Below, piece after piece: positions 57,209 through 64,000 of a DNA stretch of 64,000 bases. Under the pieces are notes generated by a model. The model searched no databases and was not told the origin of the DNA. It saw nothing but the letters and a program-made list of their open reading frames with translations. Location of the stretch: positions 4,336 through 68,335 of the forward strand of contig DHKO01000012.1 in the NCBI GenBank assembly GCA_002404895.1. Reading direction: 5' to 3'. The translations under genes were made by a program, and so were the position numbers. Source of the DNA: Treponema sp. UBA4692 (lineage in GTDB: Bacteria; Spirochaetota; Spirochaetia; Treponematales; Treponemataceae). Position 1 is the first letter of the stretch; every line of letters starts with the position of its first letter.

Positions 57209-58750
57209 TTGGCTGTGGAATTTTTCTCCGCGAAAAACGGAGACAAAACCTGCAAAGTCAACGAAAAATCGCTCCATTCAAAATACAATCCATCTTTAGA
57301 AGGAGAAAAATTTGCTGAAAGTTTGCAGGCGGATTTTTCTCCTTTGTGCGTCATAATCCTTGAGCCTGCCCTCTCCTACTGCGCAAAAAATTTAAGGAAA
57401 AGATTTCCAAACGCGAAAATTTGCTGCATAAGATTTCTCGAAGATTTCAAGGATTTTGATTCAGCCTGGGACTGCGTTTTTTACGGCGCAAACGAAAATT
57501 TCCGCAATTTAAGCGCAGACCTTTACAACGCGCTCGGCGAGGAAATTTTGATGAGCACGCTTGTTTTTGACTGGCAGCCAAGCAAGAACATCTTTCCGAA
57601 AGAAAATTTCAAATGCTGGCAGGAAATCAAAGAAGCGATTTTAAAAGCGAGAGACGTTCTTGGAACACGCTCTTATTTTTCAAAGCGATGGCTAAAAAAT
57701 TCGGTTCAGTTCTGCAAGAAAATCGGCTCAGGATTTGTCTTTGACTTTTCAAAATGCGGAAAATCAGGATTTCAAAAACAAGTTCTGATTGCAGCTTCCG
57801 GGCCGTCGCTAGAAACATCTCTTCCATTCATAAAAAAATACCGCGAAAACTTTTTTTTGATTGCAGTCTCGTCCGCGCTTTTTCCGCTTGTCTCGCACAA
57901 AATCGAGCCTGACCTTACAATTTCAACTGACGGCGGATTTTGGGCAAAACGGCATCTTTCACTGATTTCTGATTCAAAAAAAAACAGCGGCAGAGCTTTC
58001 GGAATCGAAGCCGAAGGCACATGCTTTTCAAAAATCTTTGAAAAAAACGAAATTGTTCCGCTTTGCTATGACGACGGGCTTGAAAAAGAACTTTTGCAGG
58101 CGATAGGCTGCCCTTTTCTCCTCACAAAAAGAAACGGAACTGTCGCGGGAACAGCCCTTGAATTCGCGTTCTCATTCACAAGCGGAAACATTTTTCTTGC
58201 AGGATTCGACCAGGCGCCGTCAAAAGAATTTCAGCACACGCAGCCAAACGCGCTCGAAATCATCTCGCAAAAAAGCGATTTCCGCCTTTCTCCAAAAGAA
58301 ACAAGAATCACAAAGTCGCGTTTTGGCTCAAAAGAAACGCTTGAAATTTACAGAAACTGGTTCGCCGAAAATTCAAAACGATTTTCCACGCGTGTTTTCA
58401 GAATTTCAGATGACTACGATTTTCCATTTTCGCTCGGCGAAATAAAAGACATAAGCTGGAAAAATTTTGAAAAATTTTCAGAAAAAATGAATGGGAAACG
58501 AAACGAAAACAATAAAAATCAGATTCCAAGAAAATATTTCAAGATTCAAATGTCAAAATCAGAGAGAAAGGAAAAAATAATTTCAAAGCTAAAAGAGCTT
58601 TCTTCTTCCGAAGTTTTCATCAGCGAAGTTTTTCCGCTCGATTTTCTTCTATTAAAAAGAGAAATAAACGAAGAAAAAAAACTTGAAATAAAGAAAAATC
58701 TCAAAGAAAAAATTGAAAATCTCTTAAAAGAAATTGAAGAAAAAATCTAA
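57209..58750 (+). CDS. Maf-like (motility associated factor/MptE-like) protein
   Basis: LHSKYNP, AASGPSL, TDGG, GTVAG, LAGFD. Confidence 0.75.
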   Translation: MAVEFFSAKNGDKTCKVNEKSLHSKYNPSLEGEKFAESLQADFSPLCVIILEPALSYCAKNLRKRFPNAKICCIRFLEDFKDFDSAWDCVFYGANENFRNLSADLYNALGEEILMSTLVFDWQPSKNIFPKENFKCWQEIKEAILKARDVLGTRSYFSKRWLKNSVQFCKKIGSGFVFDFSKCGKSGFQKQVLIAASGPSLETSLPFIKKYRENFFLIAVSSALFPLVSHKIEPDLTISTDGGFWAKRHLSLISDSKKNSGRAFGIEAEGTCFSKIFEKNEIVPLCYDDGLEKELLQAIGCPFLLTKRNGTVAGTALEFAFSFTSGNIFLAGFDQAPSKEFQHTQPNALEIISQKSDFRLSPKETRITKSRFGSKETLEIYRNWFAENSKRFSTRVFRISDDYDFPFSLGEIKDISWKNFEKFSEKMNGKRNENNKNQIPRKYFKIQMSKSERKEKIISKLKELSSSEVFISEVFPLDFLLLKREINEEKKLEIKKNLKEKIENLLKEIEEKI

Positions 58751-58751
58751 A

Positions 58752-60239
58752 ATGAATGAAGAAATTTTTTATTCAGGCTTAATTTTCTCGAAAGACGGCA
58801 AAAAAATTCCTGTGAAAAACGGAATTTCATTTCATTCAAAATATTCGCCTGAACGCGAGGCAGAAAATTTCGCCGCCCAATTTAAGGAAAACGGATTTTT
58901 CATTGTCTTGGGGCTTTGCGGCGGCTATCACATAAAAAAACTGCGCGAGAAATTTCCGTCATCAAAAATAATCGCAGTTGAAAATTCAAGCGCGGACATA
59001 GATTTTCTCTCGCAGATTGAAACTGTGAAAAATCTAGAATCTGAAAAAAGAATTTTCATCACAGATAAAAAAACTCTTGAGAAAACAATCGTTGAAAATT
59101 ATCTTCCGGCCGTTGACGGAAATCTTTTTGTAAAGCCGCTGCGCTCATATGAAAATGCTTTTCAAAAAACTGTGGAAGAAGAAATTGAAATCATAAACCG
59201 CGCCATAAAAACGGTTTCAGCCGACTATTCAGTTCAAAAGCATTTTGGAAAAATCTGGCAGAAAAATATCCTTAAAAATCTTTCTCTCGCCTCAAAATGC
59301 GAAATTTTTCAGGATTTTGTCTCCGATTTTCCATTTTCAAAAACGGCGGCGATTATTGCGGCAGGCCCGAGCCTTAACGAAACAGCAGAAGAGCTGAAAA
59401 AAAACCGTGAAAAATATTTTATAATTTCAACAGACACGGCTTACGGCGCGCTTTCAAAAAACGGAATTGACGCAGACATTGTCGTTTCAGTTGACGGGCA
59501 AATGGTTTCGCACTCGCATTTTATGTTTTCCCCGGCAAAAAAAACGAAATTTGTCTTTGACTTAAGCGCGAATTCAGACGCGGTTCAAAAAATCCTAAAG
59601 AATGGAAACAAAGTTTTGCTTTCAGAATCCTCGCATCCGCTTGAAATTTATGCGAACTGCTACAGCGGAAAAAATCATTTCGCTCATCTTGAAACTGGAA
59701 GCGGAACCGTAACAATTGCGGCGGCGAATTTCGCAGTTCTCGCAGGATTCAAGAATCTAAAGCTTTTCGGAGCAGATTTTTCCTATATAAACGGGCTTCC
59801 CTACGCAAAAGGAACTTATCTTGACGCGAATTTCAGGCAAAATGAAAACCGAATCAAAAATGCGGAGTCAAAATTCGTGAATCTTCTTTACAGGACAGAA
59901 ATCAAGACAATCTCAAAAACTCAGTTCACAACGGAAATTCTCGAATCCTACAAAAAAACGATGGAAGATTTTTTTCTTTGCCACGGAATCGAAAAAAAGC
60001 GCGAAAATGAATATTCATCAAAAAATCCGGGAATCGAGGCAAGAAAAACTTTTGAAAGATTCAATTTTGAGGATTTCAAGAAAAATTACATCGCAGAACT
60101 AAAAAAAATCAGAAAATCAGGAAATGAAATCGACATAGACGCTCCGATTTTCGCGACATTGCTTCCGCTTTGCGCCGCGCTCGACGGAGAGCGTTTTATT
60201 GCATACTCCAAAACATTAAGTTATACTGAAAGTCTATGA
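58752..60239 (+). CDS. Maf-like protein 2
   Basis: FHSKYSPEREA, AAGPSL, VSVD, GSGTV, GADF. Confidence 0.78.
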   Translation: MNEEIFYSGLIFSKDGKKIPVKNGISFHSKYSPEREAENFAAQFKENGFFIVLGLCGGYHIKKLREKFPSSKIIAVENSSADIDFLSQIETVKNLESEKRIFITDKKTLEKTIVENYLPAVDGNLFVKPLRSYENAFQKTVEEEIEIINRAIKTVSADYSVQKHFGKIWQKNILKNLSLASKCEIFQDFVSDFPFSKTAAIIAAGPSLNETAEELKKNREKYFIISTDTAYGALSKNGIDADIVVSVDGQMVSHSHFMFSPAKKTKFVFDLSANSDAVQKILKNGNKVLLSESSHPLEIYANCYSGKNHFAHLETGSGTVTIAAANFAVLAGFKNLKLFGADFSYINGLPYAKGTYLDANFRQNENRIKNAESKFVNLLYRTEIKTISKTQFTTEILESYKKTMEDFFLCHGIEKKRENEYSSKNPGIEARKTFERFNFEDFKKNYIAELKKIRKSGNEIDIDAPIFATLLPLCAALDGERFIAYSKTLSYTESL

Positions 60240-61921
60240 AAAGACCAATTACAATAATTTCGATTATCAGTATTTTACTTTTTATTGCGGCTTTATCGTG
60301 GTTTGGAATTGGCATTTATGAGGACGGAAAATCAGGCAGCGAGCATAACGAGCGTGTTTTTGACACTTTAGTTTTCAAGACTGTGAACGCCGCGAACCAA
60401 TACAAAATCGGAACGCCTGACTTTTCAAAAAAATTCATAGAAGCGATTGGAAAAATCGAAAATTACAGCGCGCTCCGACTCGAAGCAAACGGAAATCTTA
60501 TCTATTCTTATCCGCCGACAGGATTTTCGCTTCCATCGCCTTCGCTCACAAACACCTTCAGAAAAACTCAGTCTGCAAACGGCGGAATTTCGCTCACAAT
60601 TTCAGCCTCTATGTATTCAATCCAGACGAATTCCGTCTATCATTACGCGCAGTTCGCTTTTGTTCTGATTTTGCTCGGAACTTCAATCTCGCTGATTCTC
60701 CTTGTGATTTTGCGCGACAAAAAGGAAAAGACAGATTCTAAAATCGGAAAAAATCCTGACAGCAATTTTGAAGACGAAATGAATATTGACTACGGAGATG
60801 ATAATATTTTTGACGACAACGCAGAAAATGCGGAATTTTTGACCGAAACAGCGGAAAAAGATGAAAATGAAGAAAATCCTTTCGACAAGCTTGATTTTGG
60901 CAGCAACGAATCTGACGAGAAAAAACAAAATCATGAGGAAATAGAGAATTTAGCTTCGCTTTCTGAAAATCATGATTTTAATTCTGCCGATGACAGCGAA
61001 ACAGACGAAAAAAACACAAAATACATAGAAGAAAATGCTTCAAAAGCTGAATCATCACAAGAAAATTCTGAAACAAAAGAAACAGAATCAGAAAATTTTG
61101 AAGAAGCCGATGAAAAATCAGAGCTTCCTTTTGCGACAGACATCTCGGACGGCGAGTTCGACATTTCAGATGAAGACTTTTTCAACGGATTAAAAGACGA
61201 AAAAAACGACACAAATTCCCCGCTGGACTCAGAGAATAATTTTGAAAACGCGTCTCATTCAGAATCAGAGAAAATTGATGAAAATGACGAAAAAACTCTT
61301 GAAGAAACAAATGCGATAAACGCAACGAGCGCGGACATTTTTGAAGAACCAGAAATATCTGAACCTGCAAACGAAAATGAAAACAGCGGCTTTCTCAGCA
61401 ATTTTGACTTTGATAAAAATGCGGACATTTCTCCTGCGACAGGCTTGAAAATGCAAAGCTCGCTTTCTGAGAATCTCGGAAAAAAAATAAAGCAGTCGCT
61501 CAATGAAAAAAAAGCGCTTACGCTCGCGCTTTTGAAAATCAACAATCTTGACCGGGGAAACGCAATTTCAAACAAGCTGATTGAAATATTAAAAGACGAC
61601 ATTCCAGAAAAGTCGGAAATCTACGAGTACAATTCCGACGGCTACGCGATTATTTTATACAACGAAGATTTATCTTCCTGCGCAGAAACTTTTGACAAAA
61701 TCTACGAAAATATGACATCTTATCTGAGGGAAAACAACTCGGCAAACGAAGTTGTAATAGGACTTTCATCTGTAAGCGGAAGAAATGTGGATTCTCAAAG
61801 GCTTGAAACAGAAGCATCGCAGGCTTTGAGCCACGCTCTTGAAGACCCGGACTCGCCGATTATTGCTTTTAGGGCAAATCCTGAAAAATACAAAGAATAT
61901 ATAGAAAACAAGAACGACTAG
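60236..61921 (+). CDS. Membrane protein with acidic linker and degenerate GGDEF-like C-terminal domain
   Basis: Two TMs; YEYNSDGYAIIL in place of the GGDEF motif. Confidence 0.6.
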   Translation: MKRPITIISIISILLFIAALSWFGIGIYEDGKSGSEHNERVFDTLVFKTVNAANQYKIGTPDFSKKFIEAIGKIENYSALRLEANGNLIYSYPPTGFSLPSPSLTNTFRKTQSANGGISLTISASMYSIQTNSVYHYAQFAFVLILLGTSISLILLVILRDKKEKTDSKIGKNPDSNFEDEMNIDYGDDNIFDDNAENAEFLTETAEKDENEENPFDKLDFGSNESDEKKQNHEEIENLASLSENHDFNSADDSETDEKNTKYIEENASKAESSQENSETKETESENFEEADEKSELPFATDISDGEFDISDEDFFNGLKDEKNDTNSPLDSENNFENASHSESEKIDENDEKTLEETNAINATSADIFEEPEISEPANENENSGFLSNFDFDKNADISPATGLKMQSSLSENLGKKIKQSLNEKKALTLALLKINNLDRGNAISNKLIEILKDDIPEKSEIYEYNSDGYAIILYNEDLSSCAETFDKIYENMTSYLRENNSANEVVIGLSSVSGRNVDSQRLETEASQALSHALEDPDSPIIAFRANPEKYKEYIENKND

Positions 61922-62029
61922 AAAAACAGCGGACTGAAACAAATATTGGAAAAGTCTCGGCGAAACGAAAAAATCTCGGGCTATAAAAAAATCTTTTGGA
62001 CTTTTCTGAAAAGAAAAAATTAGAAGTTT

Positions 62030-62626
62030 TCAGCCCGGATTAAAATCGTCAAGCAAGTCTGAAAGATTCTGGGCAAAAGCTGAAAGCTGGCTGTTGTCTG
62101 GAAATTTCTCTTTCATAACAAAAAAATATTTTTCCGCATCTTCTGCCCTGCCCGCATTCAGCAAAAGCGTTATGTAATTTTCAAGAATCGCCTCGTCATA
62201 AGGATTTTCTTCCATAAGAATCTTGTATTTTGCAAGCGCAGTGTCAGTGTCGCCTTTCACAGCGTAAATATAAGCGAGCGAAAGTTTCAGCGAAAGATTT
62301 TCCTTGTCCAGCGAAAGCAGATGCTCGTAAGCGTCAAGCGCTTTGTCATAGTTTTTTCCAAGAGCATAGGCGCGGGCAAGCTTGTAATAAACTGACAAGT
62401 ACAAGTCCTTGTCGCGCAAAGCCTTTTCATAATATTCAACCGCCTTCGTGTAATTTTTGATTCCCATATATCCGTCGCCAATCGCATTGTATTCAACAGC
62501 AAGATTTTTCAGGATTATTTTTGTCTCGCCAGGAACTCTTATTCCAAAATCAGAAATCTGATTCGAGGCGCAGCCAAAAAAAACTGAGGAGACAGCAAGG
62601 GAAATCAAAAAAAACTTTTGCTTCAT
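62030..62626 (-). CDS. TPR-repeat lipoprotein
   Basis: Lipobox FFGC; TPR helices. Confidence 0.8.
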   Translation of the reverse strand: MKQKFFLISLAVSSVFFGCASNQISDFGIRVPGETKIILKNLAVEYNAIGDGYMGIKNYTKAVEYYEKALRDKDLYLSVYYKLARAYALGKNYDKALDAYEHLLSLDKENLSLKLSLAYIYAVKGDTDTALAKYKILMEENPYDEAILENYITLLLNAGRAEDAEKYFFVMKEKFPDNSQLSAFAQNLSDLLDDFNPG

Positions 62627-62638
62627 CTTTATTTTTTT

Positions 62639-63679
62639 TCAGCCCAAGACAGTCTGCTCGATTTTTGTAAGCTGATTATGGTAAAGAGACGCGATTGAAG
62701 CTCCGTAGTCTGCAATCAGGCGGATAATGTTTCGTGGATTCTCTTTCTTGTCGCAGCCGTTCAGTCGGTCGCCGGCATCGCCCAAGCCCGGCATAATGTA
62801 CGCTTTCTCGTTCAAAACCGGGTCAAGCCACATTGTGTAAAGAGTGCAGTTTGGAAGCGCGCGGGCAACACGCAAAGTTCCCTTCAAAGCGGAAATAACG
62901 TTGAAGAATTTTATCGACTTTGGATGAACTCCCTGAGACTCAAGATATTTCACAACTGTAACAAGAGAGCCGCCTGTTGCGTTCATCGGGTCGGCAAAAA
63001 CCCAGTCCTTTCCGTCAAGCTCCTCAAGATTAAAGAACGACTTGTGAAGATCGAGAATGTATTCCATATTGTTCTCGCGCTTTGAGTCGTCGCGGTTGAT
63101 TTTGAAAAGCGCGAACGGCGTAACGTATTTATGGCTTGAATAAGCCTCAATCTCCTTTGACATAATTATGCTCGGAAGTAGCGCGCCGCGGAGCATTACA
63201 CACATCACAGAATTCTCGATTCTTGAGTCAATGTCAGGAATTTTGTGGACAGCGTAATTCTGGCAAGGATAAGCTACAGGTGTCTTGACGATAAAATGAC
63301 CTTTTTTTTCAGCGTGCTGGTCAGTGTAGGCAAGGCGAAAAAGCATCTCGTATGCGCGCTGCGAGTAATAGACAAATTCCTGATGGTCAGTGTTCACATC
63401 GCGGAGTTTTGAAATCACGCGGCTCGCCTCGGCATGGCTTCCCTCTTCCGTTTCAAAAGAAAAAACTTTTATCTGAGGATTCTCCTTGCAGATTTTCTGA
63501 AGCTCGTGCCCGATTTTGTCAAAGCACTCAACGATTTTCTCCTCGTTTTTAGGCTCAAAATACTGCATTGTCTCCTTGTACATTTCGCCAAGAAGACCGA
63601 TTTTCTCCTGATCGCCTTTTGTCAAATATCCGTCCAAATCCTCGGCTTTCAAGATTATTTTTTCTCCGTTCTTGTTCAT
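62639..63679 (-). CDS. upp: Uracil phosphoribosyltransferase (long form)
   Basis: [27 protein letters not shown]. Confidence 0.9.
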   Translation of the reverse strand: MNKNGEKIILKAEDLDGYLTKGDQEKIGLLGEMYKETMQYFEPKNEEKIVECFDKIGHELQKICKENPQIKVFSFETEEGSHAEASRVISKLRDVNTDHQEFVYYSQRAYEMLFRLAYTDQHAEKKGHFIVKTPVAYPCQNYAVHKIPDIDSRIENSVMCVMLRGALLPSIIMSKEIEAYSSHKYVTPFALFKINRDDSKRENNMEYILDLHKSFFNLEELDGKDWVFADPMNATGGSLVTVVKYLESQGVHPKSIKFFNVISALKGTLRVARALPNCTLYTMWLDPVLNEKAYIMPGLGDAGDRLNGCDKKENPRNIIRLIADYGASIASLYHNQLTKIEQTVLG

Positions 63680-63692
63680 TTTTCGCACCCCT

Positions 63693-64000
63693 TTATTTTA
63701 AGAATCTCAATAAACTGTCATATCCGAGAGTAATATCAGTGATTGTGATTTCAGCGGCTCCTGTCTGCACGATTTTTGCAGGAATCGGAAACAAAGCGAT
63801 TTTCAGCGCGGCACAGGCAGCCTTTACAGTCCTTGAATCGCTCATCTTCAAGACGATTTTAAGACCGAACTGTTTTCCGTCTTTCAAATTCTTGAACTCG
63901 CCTGAAATGCTTTCAACAGGAGACGAAACATTTGCGCCGATAAAAGTCCTTATGAAAGTTTTCGGAGCTGGAGCATAAACCAGAATATCTCCTGAATTTT
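63693..64000 (-). CDS. 3' end of a hypothetical protein (partial)
   Basis: ORF ending at 63693, apparently entering from the right edge. Confidence 0.5.
   Translation of the reverse strand, partial: NSGDILVYAPAPKTFIRTFIGANVSSPVESISGEFKNLKDGKQFGLKIVLKMSDSRTVKAACAALKIALFPIPAKIVQTGAAEITITDITLGYDSLLRFLK

Overview
Spirochaete (most likely Treponema) chromosome segment; the taxon is inferred from gene content and protein style. Bases 1 to about 22,080 are one end of an integrated prophage that continues beyond the left edge. It contains a leftward replication/recombination module (SSB, DnaC-like loader, initiator, RecT, YqaJ, DnaQ-like exonuclease) and an unusually large control region: 5 XRE repressors, 4 antirepressors, structured RNA leaders, and two RNase-toxin-like cassettes with embedded antisense promoters and small RNAs. 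It also has a rightward lysis cassette (amidase with an in-frame TGA, holin, overlapped spanins) and a tyrosine integrase that abuts the 3' end of the host fapA gene. 22,085-38,860 is a flagellar operon (flbD-motAB-fliLMYOPQR-flhBAFG-fliA-fapA) with a sigma28 promoter. It is followed by a two-component system, superoxide reductase and ferritin, and a small accessory island (type II R-M pair, a non-coding 41-bp-period palindromic array upstream of a DUF6261-like gene, an ABC remnant). The rest is housekeeping genes (hemW, lepB, smpB, tsaC, ftsB-like, two Maf-like genes, upp). The best novelty candidates are the shuffled toxin/antisense-RNA cassettes, the 41-bp array, the covarying antirepressor leaders and attenuators, and a sigma28-type promoter on a phage repressor. 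All family assignments are by motif recognition only; no searches were run.
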